A DNA stretch of 58,110 bases, taken from Catajapyx aquilonaris. Its lineage: Eukaryota. Under the pieces are notes generated by a model. The model ran no database searches. It saw nothing but the letters and a program-made list of their open reading frames with translations, and was not told the DNA's origin. The first letter of the stretch is position 1. Each line of letters starts with the position of its first letter. Of this stretch, positions 25,751 to 40,000 are shown piece by piece. The DNA lies in assembly GCA_000934665.2 (NCBI GenBank), contig JYFJ02002384.1, positions 1 through 58,110 on the forward strand, read 5' to 3'. Made by a program: the position numbers and the translations under genes.

Positions 25751-28700
25751 GAGAGGGTAGCACGTGCTTTATATCTTACGTTTCATCGCTAATGGAAGTC
25801 TACACTTGAATTTACAACGCGTTACTTCCTCTGATGAATGTTCGGGACTCTCAGCCAGCAGCTGCCACTTGTAAGGTCCCCCCGCACTGCTAGAAGAGCC
25901 TGTCACATTTGTCCTGCTCCATACCGACCGTCTACGTGAAGCCAGCCCAGCACTTGACGCCTCCTGCATTGCTGCTTATACAAATTACTCTCAGTGTAAT
26001 ATCTAGCCCTCCTGAGAACTCACCTACTTGCAAATATCGCGCGTGTTCATAATTTATTCGCTGCTAATGTACAACTCGGTCAAGCGCATCGTCGTGTGCT
26101 CACTTTTGGAACAAGGTTCACCTCATTTCTTATTTGATGTGATATTTATGATATGCAGGCAGCAAGTGAAGACCTTCACCCATGCGAAATGCTGACCTTC
26201 TTCTCTTTTTTTTTTTTGAAAAATATACAGTACGTCCCTGTACTGTAGCTCATTGAATATTTAGCACTTCATCAAGGCGAGGTGCAATTGAAAATTAAAT
26301 TATATGCACAGTAGCTGCATGTTTCACAGGTATAATAATTTTCTTCTCCACATACTGCATGCCAGATGATACGATGAAGCCAGATGAACCTTAAAGGTAT
26401 GCAACCATCAAAAATGTAATGGACGAATATGGTGGTTGCAGAGCGTCAGGATTTGTCTGGCCAAAACTATTTTTCTGACAGACTGATCAGTGTTATACAC
26501 TTCCGGATGACTACTTGCAGACTGTATACCAAAAGCAACGGCTGACCTGCGTTTAATAAGATTAGAGGCATCTGGTGCGGCACAATCTAGTGCCGAAAGC
26601 AAAAACACTTCAAGGTTTGCAAATGTTAGCTTTTCTCCAGACAAACCCTGTTGAAGTAAATTTAATTATAACCTGCCTCTCCTACAGATGAGCTATATCT
26701 AGGTTCTCCGTCGTTGCAGCTTCCCTACTGTACACACGATGAAAAGCAGTACGTGGAGGCTTGGACATTGTTTGTACAAAAAGAAACTCTTCTTCATGAA
26801 GAGCTAAGCAAACCCCATTTTTCTGAAATAATCCTCAATCCATGCTGTAATAATAATCGACTGAGGCGGGGAAACCAGCCCGAGACTTTAGACTCCGAAT
26901 CCTTTTAAACAGGTTTCATAAGTGAGGGAAATTCTCCCCAGGAAAAATACCTCCCAGCGTCTGCTGCTGCCTTTGGCGTCAGACGAATTTTCGCGCAGCA
27001 AACTCTATTTTCTTCCCCGGAAGGCTTAATTAAAGGAGAAACTTGAAAGAGTCAGCAAGAAGACGCCCGGCGACAGGGAAACAAGGCAACTGGGGACAGG
27101 ACAAACCGACTCAAGAATAATGCATCCGACTTCTCTTTATCTTCTCACACTCTGCGGGTTCATACAAAACCGCAATGATACCCAACTTTTTTGTGTGTGT
27201 GCGAAAGAGGTCCCTCCAGGCTACAATTAAATTTGGCTGGATTTTTTTTCCCCTTGTAGGTCTACCTATCACTATTTTGTGACTTCATAATGAACAGCAC
27301 CTCATCACTTGGGAAAGGCAGATGCCGGAACACCCTGTACAATCGCTTAATTTCTACGAATCCTTCGCATTCCTGTCGCTTCGAACGAAGACATAAAGGG
27401 AGAATAATCGCGCATCTCGCAAGAATGGACGTCATGCTCGAAGAAAAACAGCCAAGGTTCCACAACAAGCGAGCCTTGAGCCTGCCAATAAAAATCACGG
27501 CGAAGGTTTCATTTCTGAAACCGGTTAAGAAGAACAGTGCAAACAGGATGGCTCTTCTGGACCCGGAGATATAAGTGCAGAGTATATAGTTCATAAGTGG
27601 TGTTGGCTATGACACCCCCAAGTCCATTGCCTGCAGTGCTCTGGAAGTAATTCGCGCCAGCCCAGCACTTAATGGATCCGAGGGACAATGGCAGGGGGGT
27701 AAAGGAATCCGCACACTCAGCTGTCCGGATAATAAAACGGGAGATATGCCTCGTGTCCTTGCTCCTGGGAAGCCTCTTTTGTTCCCCAGGACGTCCTTTC
27801 TGGAAGCCTCCAAGTTCGAACTCCAGACGCCCGCCGTCTCACATTGCACAATATCAAATTGCCCGAGAAATGGCCTCAGCAGTCCTCGCACGTTTAACTG
27901 GCATGTGTATACGCTTTTCAACGCCCGCAGTAAACAGTTGGAGTGTCAAGGCGTGGCTTCCGACTGACTGACTGACTGATCCAGTTCTCCTCAACCTTCG
28001 TCCAAGGCAGGCATGACAAAACAGTGTATCAGTACAACGAACGGTGGCATTGTTCTGTGAGAATGGTATTTGCATTCGCACGATTAATACGCGACGCATT
28101 TTCATATCGAGTAACTGTACTTGCAGAAGCAGTTAGCAATGACGTTCTGGCAGCATAAACAGTGAGCTATAAATAATACCGTATACCTAGGTTTTTGCCT
28201 ACAACAAAACATACGAGACAAAGACAAACTCCGGAGAGAAAAAAATGTGGGTGTAGGAAAGAAATAGTGAGACCTTCGTGACTTGAATGAGAGAAAGTAA
28301 CAACATTTCGAGCATCATTTGCATAATTTTGAGGTTCTTCTTGATAGACTTAAACCCAATGTTCCTCTTTGCATCTCAAGCGACACCGGGAAAAGAGCCA
28401 GACGTTAAATGAAACACGTTACTCTGGAGCATAAAGTAGATGGAATCCGTCCACCCAAATTGAAAGGCTTCTTCCTTCACGACTGTACTTGGAGGCCATA
28501 TCTCTCTCTGTACATAGCATCCATCTCGGGAAGAACCTTTTGTACCGTTACACTGTAAGAAAAGGGGAACGCGGGAGGGACTACACGTTATATTGTAAGC
28601 ATACAAAAGCATATTACGTTGCAGTGCGGTTCGCAGCATCTGCTGCAAACGATAAGGAGAAAACCCTGGTTATACACACTTTGGCGCAAGAAGGTTTCCT

Positions 28701-31700
28701 TTTACGAGGCTCAATCCCCGGGAAGTTGCTCTCCATTGACCCAATATTCGCATCGGTAAGTCACATGCAATAATAATTGATCCCGCAATAATGGTGCGGA
28801 CTCGAGAGTCAATTGAAAGTTCGAGAGGGGATGAAGCAAATGGTCCGAGAACAGGTTATTTAACCTCTTTCCCACTCAGCAGGTCGAAGGATGAAAAGTG
28901 AAAGCATGGTCAGGATAGTGCAATCATAGGGGGATGAGCCAGACTTTTATATTTAAAAAAAAAATCCAATTCGTTACGACCTTGGCCAACATTATCAGAA
29001 AATTATTCAGAACTCTGGCGACTTATTATTCCATGTGTTTAATCCACGTGCACATTGTAAGTGCTTTGCATATGTAACCTTGACTCTGCGCTCCACAATT
29101 TCGAAAGCGCGTATCAGCAAATGATATGAAGAGTACGGTATCACTTTCATATACCATTGAACTTGAGTGCACGGCTCAAGGTGATTGTTCGCAGTAATTT
29201 TATGCCAGCCGCATGTTATTGCAAGTGGGTTGGTTTTTCGCAATTGTTGAGGGCAATGTCGCATATTCCACGTGTTTGAACCGGCGGCAGGAACTCTCCA
29301 AACCCAGAGCCTTCGGTACCATTAATTTATTCCTAACCAGATTTTATTGCTGCGTTCCTCTTTCCCGAGAGTCAAATAATTTCACGCTAACCAAAGCCAC
29401 CCCTTCCCGCTTCACTCCAAAAGACCGGAAATTTCATCTTTTCTCTCCTCCCCGCTCTAAAATGCTCCTAATTAACCCAATGGCCTGGCGAAACCCATTT
29501 ACTTCGACCCAACGAGGAAAATGGAGACAAAACAGTCGGAATAAAGGATGCTTCCTACTTAATTGCGATATAATAGCTCCCCCACCTCTGTCATACATTC
29601 TCATTACAGTCGGGGCCAAGCCAAGGCACCCTGGCAATTGCGGAACTGCAGACACATGTTTTTATGGCGCCCTCAGAATGCACGCCAACTTCGACCCGCT
29701 TACAAATCACCCTTTACATACATGACATGTGAGATGAGCCTATATTTGGAAGACCCTTTTGTGATCGTGTTAGACGCCATGTAACTTGTCCTTCCGGTGT
29801 CTGCTTTCAAAGGAGGTGTTACGTGTCACCAAAAGACGTACAGGAACTTCTTTCATCCCGTCTATACAAACTGTGCCACTTTTTTTTTTTGCCCATTCCT
29901 AAAAACACATCCAGGAAAAGGCGTTAATGGCAGAACACGACAGCACGCAACGGGCATGTAGCATTTACATGTCACGACAACACTGGGCCGCATCCAACAA
30001 AACATTACACTCCCCTAAGAGAAATTAATTTTGAAACCCAGTATATCACCCTCTTCGTACCCAGGAACCGCCTTCAATGCGGCAAAAAGGTGTACCCACT
30101 TCCACTTACTGGTCTGCACCTTTATAGGAAACGCTTTTCTAATAATTATGACGCACTTTATCAACACGACCACGAAACGTTGGCGAAAGACCGGACTCTG
30201 CGTGCAATATCTTCGAATCTCCCGGCACGTCAAGCTGCTACTTTTTTTTTACGTTTTTTTTCTCCTACCTACTTTTGAAACAAACGCGCGATAGGTCGTT
30301 AAAAATGTTTACATCATCATCAGATCCTTCCGCTGCCGCGCACCAATAATAACCTGACCTCGAAGTGTTCCGGTTGACGCGTCCGACCATCCTGAAATTG
30401 CAGCGGAAACCTGCAAAAATTACCTGCCGAAACGTGCGTAACGTTGTCCATTTAAAAATAAAAAATGAAAAAAGCAGAAGTTTGAGTCAAACTATCGGCA
30501 AAAATTTTCCATTGTTAAACTGTGTACAGTGCAACACCCTGTAGATCTCTCCCAGGTTTCCTATCCACGCCCGCTCTGGACTTTCAGAGTAAATGACCCC
30601 CAGGACGGAAACATGTCACACGTACTATAATATGCTGGGTTAACTTGGCCTCAAGAGAGAGCTCAACTTTCGACAAGGTTTGTGGAATTATGTAGGCCAC
30701 TATTTTGATAGTTTGGTTGGCCCACCCGGAATATAAAACGAGGGTGCGGAAATTGCCCTTGCCTAGCCTCTGATCATACCATTACTTTCCGATTAACAAT
30801 GCCCCGTGCATTTTGTGGCGTGCCAAAATATGTAGCCCGAGTTCTGGTGTAGAGCACAGAGAGCGCAGGATAATTGGCACCTTCGGTCAGAAATTACCGG
30901 GAGGGAAAATTGGCCAGTTCGACTGCAAAATCCTGGCAACCAAAATTATACTTTTTGGAAAAGTGAAAATAAAACCTTTTTTTTTTGCCAGTTTTCCAGG
31001 ATCAGAAAATTCATATTAGTTTAATACAATAAGACGCTCGAATAATTAACAAAAAAAAAATGAGGACAGAGGGGGTAGAGCACAAACGCATTGTTTCCAC
31101 CCTCATTATTACCGGTCGATGAACCACAGCAAAAGTTGGCAGCCACATTTTAGTAACCTGTCGGAAGCTTAAAGAATGACGTTTTAAACAGTAGAGAGTA
31201 AATGAGGTACCTATAGAGCACCTGTTTTCTAAGCGAGCTGTTCTTGACATCCATCATACTCCTATAGACACACCGGATCCGCAGAGTTTATCAAAGTAAA
31301 TGTAAGCGTACAGTGCGGTACAGTACATGCTTAACTCAGTCAGATGTGAAATCATCAAATTAATAATCGGGGAAACTCGGCAGCTGCACAACAAAACTGT
31401 TTCCGAGTTGAATCTTTTACAGTTAATTAGAGCGTAATTTGTAACAAGGGCAAAGTACGAGAGAAAGCACTGTGCAAAACCGAGCTTCATTGACAGTAAC
31501 TGTAAGCACGATTGGTACAGAATGAATGATAAAAGGTGGGCATTTTGCATTACAAAAGTTCAAAGATCCTATTCAGACACCATGTGTTCTGCAATGTTCC
31601 AGACGCATTAACAATTCATTGCGGCTCCTAATTTAAATATTGCGAACGATTCGAATAATAAAAAAGTATGCGGCTGCTGCCACATATCATTCCGTTGAAC

Positions 31701-32963
31701 ACCTGTGCAAACCGCTGCACCTGTACGTCATACCTTTTGGCGAAATCATCAGATTTTGCCTACAAGAAACCAGTTGAGCCGTATATCCTGCAGAATAATT
31801 AGTTATTACGAGGGGTCGAGTGAATAGCTAAGTAATGCCCATTGCAGTAATATACTGCAGCGCAACGGGAAATTTTTAATAGGCCATTAATCCAAGCATT
31901 TTTATATACAACTGGATTGGTAATTGCATGCTACAAGTACGCATCATTAAAAACGAATGAACATTTACGACTGGATTCGGCGTTATTAGTTATTAAAACT
32001 TGATTTACCATATAGAGTGGATATGTGTGCAATTTGTAGATTCCCGAATTGACACTAAACTTCCACACTATATACCTGACCCACCAAAACAGATGTTTCA
32101 TCCCAAAAAAGCAATCCAGGTTCTGAAGGAATCCACTTTCGAGCCATCTGATTAGGAAAAGAAGCTCTTGTTAGAGGGTCATACATTATCGCGTGGGGGG
32201 AATTCTGCTTTTTTTTATATATACATAGAAGGCAACCCAGTAAATCTTCTATTCGAAAACGAATTCAAGACGCAACCTATTCAGCCTTTAACAGAGGCTA
32301 ATCTACTGTGAGGAGGATGCTGACCATATATCTTCCCATTACGCCGCATGAGGTCTTTTTTTGCCACGGAAAAAATGTCTTCCGTGCTTTTCGTTCCTGA
32401 CCCTCCCCGCGTGATGCAAAAAAAAATGATGCATTGTCAAAAAAAAAGAACGCCATATCTAACCGTACGTAATAAGCATAATGGGGTCGACCCCGTTTGT
32501 TACGTCGTGTATAAGAAAGCAACAAAAAGTTGCTCGAGTTTTCGAGCAACGAAGCGGTAATGTCTGTCTCAACCGCTAATGTGGGATAGCGTGCCCATGG
32601 AAAATCAGGTCTTCGTTTTTTCCACCCATAGTTTCCTTACTCCCCTAACCATTACACGGATTTACGCACACACGGCAAGTAGAAAAAAACTCATTTGCGC
32701 TACCATGTGGCGGCATTAATGTCTTAGTTATTCATACTTCAAAAGACGGCCTTAAACAACAACAAAATAACGACCTTCATAATGATCCTTATCGAATGTG
32801 AGCGTATTAGCGTACCAAGCCATTTTCAGGTGCACCTAGCCTTCACGTGACAAACGCCCGGAGATGATGACCGGGGGAAAAAAAAGAGGAAATGACACAC
32901 AACTAGCCGGCATAACAATGCGGCACCGAACAAAATGGGCCAAGCAGCAGTTTCGCATGGGGC

Positions 32964-32987
32964 CTCTCTCTCTGTGTGTGTGTGTGT
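32964..32987. repeat. Compound (CT)n(GT)n microsatellite
   Basis: ctctctctctgtgtgtgtgtgtgt. Confidence 0.8.
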
Positions 32988-35900
32988 ATGGGGCAGGCGA
33001 GCAAAAAAAAAAAACACAGGGCTCAGTGCTGGATATGGCCAGCACCACCACGTTTATTGAAAAGTTCCAACACCCGGCTTTAAAACCAAGTTGGCAGGCC
33101 TAAACTTGTGATAATAAGGGGAGGGCTGCGTTAAAAAAAAAAGCCCGGGAACATTTACGAGTCTGTTCCGGAATCCAACCGCACAAATGCATTAGTATGC
33201 AGACAGCGGTCCAATGTGTAGCTGGATCCACATGTGAGGTGTTTCCATACACACACTATACACACACACACACAAAAAAAAATACATGCACAATATATCC
33301 AGCACTCATGCGGATTAAAATAAAGAAAAGTGTCTTCTCCGGAAAATTAATTCCGGATCAATCTTATTATCTGAAGCATCCAGTTTATTGCGTACACCCA
33401 CAGGTTATGATGTTCCTTATTTTTTTTAGGGGTCATTGCACAGTGGCTACCAATTTCGAAATACAAACTCATTCGGTTTGTGTGCTGGATCATCTCATTA
33501 CATGGTCAGGCAACATTAATAAAACCCCTGGAGGTAAGTATGGCTGAGACTTTATTGGGATGAAATGACAACAAGCCATAGCCCCAGTGATTGGACTCTA
33601 CGTAACGTATAGCGCAATTTAAAATCATTGCTCATTAAAGTCTTGTCGACATTTTTAAAAGTGCATGTAAGATGAAAATTGAAGTAGATGGCAAAGAAGC
33701 GTTTGAAAATTGCAAAAATCGATGGTTCGCTCAAAATTAATTAATGCTCGGATGTAACTACAATGTAAACATGTAGAGCGAAAAGAGCTGGTTCAACCGG
33801 GGTATGTCAATTACGCCAACCAACACTAATTGGACATAAACCCATACAAAAACATCCAGCATGCATCTAGGTCACAGTGCTTTTATAATACGATGACAAC
33901 TGCATTTCGACGTCGAGAAAGTTTTGTTCAAAGCACATCCCTGATGATGGTATGACTTCCTAAACTGAATTAACATGTCCCCGGAGCAGTCCAAACCACA
34001 TTGTCACAATTGACTGAATTGTATGAATGGCCCCGCTTTTATGTCCCGACCTTGCCCTGTTCCTCTCATTGCGAAGCTTCCCAAACTCCAATGAAAAAAA
34101 AGGTCCTCTAGTTTTGCCTAACTGACCCATAAACAGCTGACCTGTATAATTCGGCACCAGTGCTAATCCCCATTTGGTTCACTCCCTGATCAAACTGTTC
34201 AGCTCTTATTTGACGAACTCACAATTTAATCCAGGTCTGGGCTGGTCGAAGAGTCTGAGAGGTGGTGACATGTTAGAAGCAATGGGCTGGTGACACCTGA
34301 GTGAAGGCGAGGCTCTTCCGATAATCGATAATGAATTCCGGGGGCGGTTGTAGGGGCCACAGGTGTAATACTCTTCTCTTACAACCTGTGTTCGTGCAAA
34401 GGCAGGTCGAGGATATATGACAGGCAGCAGCATTAAAGACAAAAGCCTGATTCTCCCAATGCTAATGATTATGCCGATAAATTGCGAGCGTTACGCCTCA
34501 CCTTGTACATACTCTGCTGTAAACAATCGAGGCGGGTTTGATTGCATGGTTGGATAGAGACCTAATAGCGAAACCGAAGAGTGAGCGAAACACGTATCGA
34601 TGACCTTGTACTGTACAAGTCGATGAGACTATTTGAATTCAAAATAGGAGCCAGCAGGTCTCTGACCATATACAATTAGTGCGAGGCTGCGTACAAGGTG
34701 CTGCATGTACTATCACGCAAAAATTGGCATAAGCTGGCTTTTGTAGCAAGTTTTTTAAAGAACATCATGTTTGCAGTATCCTGTGCATACATCAATATAA
34801 TCTGCCCCCTTTTAAAAAATTATAATGACGGCTAATTAGGTTGAAAAAAGGGAGCTCATTCAAAACTGATCCCAAATTGGAAGCAGTGATGTAGCCTATA
34901 ATAATTAGAACACTGTTAGCTCCAACTTGTACACACACAAAAAATACATAATTTAAATTGCAGAAACATCTTCATATGCTTTCCCTGATGTTCAACACTT
35001 CCACCTTCTGGTAAAATATGGAAGTGTGCTGTATAGGTATAAATGCAGTGAAAAAGTACACGCGTAAAATTTGGTGCATGAAACCTACATGGTTATTCGT
35101 AAAAACTGGAGCATGCATAATTAAGAGCAGCCTGTGGTCGTTCTGTTTCTGCAAGAGTTTTCGCCAATTCTGCACAATTTCAGCAAGAACTTGAAGCTAT
35201 AGTCTTGGTGTCTTACAGTTATGAATGAGATGCAATAAATTTCAACTAGCTTTTATGCCAGCCAATTGCTTCAATGTTACTGAGTCATTACAGTTTCATA
35301 GAAACACATACTGATAGCAAATACTAGTAGTCTACATATCAGTTGAGTTACCTTGGAAATGCTTTTTACAAACGGTATATACTGTCACATCCACACACTT
35401 GCTTCTAAACATGTTAAACACTCCCAAACATTTTCATGACAAAACTCCAACTTGTCCCAGATTTTAGAGGTTCACTTTACTCTGTCGCGGTACATTACTG
35501 GCCGCTTATTAAACACCAAAATTGGAGTTACAAACTCCAGCTAACTCGCTAAATTTGAAGCCTGTTGGAAGTGTTGGTATGCTGCACTTTCTAACGATGC
35601 GATTTACGCACAGTCTACTCCACAAATAGAAGATACGTGTAAAAAGACACCTCCCTTATATTTGGCGTCGCAAAATGCATCAGGTCGAGAAACATAAACT
35701 TTTTTTTTGAAAACAAAGAAAATTGTCACTTTGAGCCGACTTTTCCGCCAGGGAATAAGGCCCCGCATTCTGCCAATGTCTGCCACTGACGTTACAATAT
35801 TGCTCGCGTTTCCCCCCCTCCCTAACTTCTCTCAATGATAAAATCGGCAGATACCATCTCGGAAGGAGATATAAATAAGTCCCGACCGCCAAACTTTGGC

Positions 35901-37052
35901 GACAGTTGGGTGTTAGAAACACAATGTTCCCCTTCTACTTGCTCTTTGTAGATATGCATCGCACGACGTGAAGGATCGGTAACTTTACCCAGTTAACAGT
36001 TCCGGGGAGATAAACCCGCAAGATAACAAACACTCTCTCCTTTCTTTTTTCCTTTTTCCGAAATGGAAATGTAATCACCATCCAATGTATATACAACAAA
36101 AAAAATGCCTGGACATTACCAAGGGGTATATCTTCACCGGTTCTGCTACAGTGAGCTTGCAAGGTTCACTGCCCGTCCTTGACAGAGGAGTTCTCCGGTT
36201 GAAAGTCTATTGTCCTTGTTCAATTCAAGCCGGGGAATTTAAAACAAAAAAAAAAGTGGGCGGTCGATGTTCCAGTAATGTCCATTATTTTGTCCGAGGC
36301 TTGTTAACTGTTTCCACTACCCAACTCTTGTTTTTAAGGGTAAATTCACCATTGGGGGGGGGGGGGGGCNGGGGCTGATTGACACAGCATGCACACGATA
36401 CACCGGGTTTTATACGGACCTCCGGAGTTTCCCCAAAACCATTTATCTCCACTCTCGTTTCCTAACCTATTCGTCTCCCTCGGCCAATCCGGCTGATTTC
36501 CTAGAACTGCAAGTGACATTTCCATTTCGTGCTCGTTATTTAAATCTTCCGCGCCATTAAAATGATCCCTGGCATATAGAATGCTAGTTTTGCCGCTGCA
36601 AAGAGCTTTTTTTTCATCAATAAGCCCCCACCGGAGCCAGGTCAGTTTATACAGGCATTATGGGGACCAACCCTCAACTTTTCAAGGGCTCTTTTTTTAA
36701 TACGCTGTGAAAATATTTACACCTGCATATCCATCGAAGCCAAATGTCAACTTAGCCCCCGAGCCATATTGATGCAAGTTTAACCCTTCTTTTTTAGCGT
36801 ACATGTTCCGCCGGAAAAAAAACAGCAACACGGACCAAAATTCTGGCAGCATGGTGCGCCCCCCCCCCNCCCCCTCTTTCCTCTCATGAGAACAGAGCAC
36901 CCCAACCTGCTGGGAATGAAAGCATGCTGGAACGCCAAACCCCGCAGGCCATCAAACGGGAAAAGGTCACTCCACAATCGAGTCTACCTACAGTCTTCTT
37001 GGAAGACCAGTTACAACTCCGGTGTCTGCTGTTGGATTCACTATTTAAAGTT

Positions 37053-37087
37053 AAACATGTTAACCGACAGTGGCGGTTAACATGTTT
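37053..37087. repeat. Perfect 14-bp inverted repeat with 7-nt spacer
   Basis: AAACATGTTAACCG-acagtgg-CGGTTAACATGTTT. Confidence 0.9.
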
Positions 37088-40000
37088 TTCTCCATATGCG
37101 GAATGTCACGTGGCATCCCGGAAAACCCAACTTTCACACACCCACATGTCCATACCGGCTGACCCCCCCCGTTTCCCTAGTGACCTCGTGACCTCCGTCC
37201 TTCTTACCTGTGCATCAGCAGGAACTGGTCATCCCCCGTAGATCTAGGAGAAGGTGGGAGGTCACCAGGCAGTTGTCCCGATTCGTGTGTGTACCGCCAC
37301 ACAACCACACGTGTGCACACACACGAGAGGTGCACACCAGTCCACAACCCGAGAGACACTGCCGAATATTCCGAGCCATCCACTGTGCTTGTCTTCCCCA
37401 CCTCGCGCATGCGCTTTGGACTATTGCGCTTGCCTTGATGCCAACACAGCCTTTTACCTGTGCTAATATTCGCTTGCAAAAAAAAAAAAAAAATCACTTT
37501 ATGATGCGGGCATTTTTGCTTGGTGGGTACGATCAGGATGCGATCTGGTGCAAAAAAAAATCGATGTTTGGTTCCACCCTGCAGGAAACTGCATGCTTTA
37601 TAATGCAAGAGAGAAAATGCTGCGGAAGAATGCAGATTTCGCTGGACAAATATTATGGGGCAGATATTTGCAAAACATGCAGGGCATATCTTTAGTGTGT
37701 TTAGGACGAGATTCTGGTTGTTATTGTGTGGCGTTATCTTTGAACATTAATTGCGGCTATCACTTGCGCTGGTATGAAAATATGATGATGGTGTCAATGG
37801 TTGACAACACGAATAAATATTATGAAAAGAAGCATCCTGGCCAATGAAATCCATTTTAAATATCTAAGCCGGAATTTCTATCAGAAAAATAATATTTGCT
37901 GTCCGGAAAAATTCCAAAATTGAACAAGATAACTTATTACCCAAATTATAATAATGGAATATGTGAATTCAGATGAAACACCCTCACGTTTCTTTTTCGT
38001 CTCTGCTCCATCATTTGCTCCAACGCCCTTCTTCACATATTCCAACACCTGCCCCCGATTTCTAGGCTCCTTAAAAGCAGTACGGTACTTTCAGATACCA
38101 ATCTCTAGACCAGCACATCTGACTCATGCAGTCATGCATCTCCTTTTGCATATTTCAATTCCCGGCACGTTTGTTGTAAAAACCTGTGCATTTGTTCTCC
38201 CCAAAAAAATACTTGTGAATTTGTACAACTATCAGGGGTAACTAACCACCTGCTCGTTTTTATAAGTGATTCAGAACACTGTACAGCATCCGAAGTTACG
38301 AGCATGTGGACCTGCAAAATGAAAACAAGAATCTCACATATGTAGTCCTTTGTGCTATACATCCTGCCCTCGGGTATTTCTAAGTATGGAAACAAAATAT
38401 TTTACTAGCCATGTACTTTGAAGCTGTCCAATCTGCTTCCAACACTAGATAATAATAGCTCATGCCATGTGGTACATCGTATTAAATATTAAGAACTAAA
38501 GTACAAAAGCGTTTTCCCACATTTTTTCGCTAATTTTGCACAAGGATAATGCAGGCTGCCTGATGTGCGGTGTTTACCGTAGCTAGTTGTTATGTCCATC
38601 ACGTGTGTATACCGTGCACTCTGGACTCATCAAAGTACCGACGCTTTAAAAATTCATGCAATATGTAGCCACAAATGGTGTGAAAATTACGCCTCAAACA
38701 TGATGCCTTGCTTTGTGGTCGTTTGAACCGTAAATCCTCATTATTTTTCCAGCAAATTGCCAGGTCATGAACTTAGGATACACTCCAACTTCCTCTATCA
38801 CATATCCGGCTCTAATATTGGACTATAATTATTCGGTGACAGCTTGTAAAATATAAAATTTGCGTGTTTGATGCTGCAATCTCATGGGACGTAATAAAAA
38901 TTCTGCGGAGCAGACACATTTTCCGGTCGAGCACACACCGTGAGCGTAGCGCTATCAATGAATGTCAATATTTTGCTACTGCATTTTGTTGACAAGCAAC
39001 TTTTTTTTCCCACATCGATTTGTACAACTGTAAGTAGAGCACAAAAATCGGGGCATACCAACAATCCGGGATTTCCTTTTTTTTTTCTTCTTCGCAATGA
39101 GACACGAGCTGCCCAAGATGGATCTATGTCACAGCGAGTTGGTCCAATTAATTTTATGCAGAGGGATAATTCCTCACTTCCTTCTTGGTGAGCACGCTTT
39201 TGTTCTACTTTCCAGCTACTCTATTCAGACTCTCTTTTTTTAAAAGCGGAGGTTCTTCGATTGTTATTTGAAAATGATAGGATTTTGCTCTCGCTCCCTG
39301 GCACAGAGAAAATTAAAATCTGGCCAACCGCGGATCAATTTCAAGTTTCCTCTCTTTCCATATGCTGATTAACTTTACTTTTCCTTTCTTCCTCACGTGC
39401 TTCTGCCCACATTGAAGTTTCAATGCAATGAGAGATAATTTATTCCATTTGAAACATAACGCACAAAATTCAAATGTTCAATAATTGCATAATGTGGCAG
39501 GATGTATATAGACACGAAAAAAGAGTACGTTGTTTAGCAGAGCAGGTTTCCTACTCCATAATAGAGTATTTCGAGCATTAAGTTTATCTAGAAAATCCCC
39601 GGTCCTCTTTAGTGCTTCGAAGCCCCTAAATCAGTCCTGCTTAATTCACTCAGAGCTTAACCCCAATGTAAACATTCACTTATTGCATGAATGAATCACC
39701 GGAGCAAGCAATTTCTTTTCTGCTGGAAATGAGCTCAGATTTGCAGGAGAGACAGGGTTGTAAGTATAGAGCAAAGTTATATGATGCAATGAGATAAGCA
39801 TGTTTCATTTACAAATTTCAGAATTTTCTTTTTGACAATATCCTTGTAAAACAGGGTGAAATGTAAAGAGCTTTCAGGCCCAGCAGATATGACAAGATGG
39901 AGTGATTTATCGAGCCTTGGTCCCTTCTCAAAAAGACGACCCCTCATCATCGTCACAGTGGATTCAAAAGCGTTTGACGGAGGTTGGAGCGGAAATAGTG

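Noticed and set aside
30536..30560. ACCCTGTAGATC matching the miR-10 5' end (also partial miR-8 at ~47858 and miR-263 at ~10095)
   Set aside because: The matches stop after 10-12 nt with no precursor hairpin. The first is a Tc1-type terminus (caccctgta).
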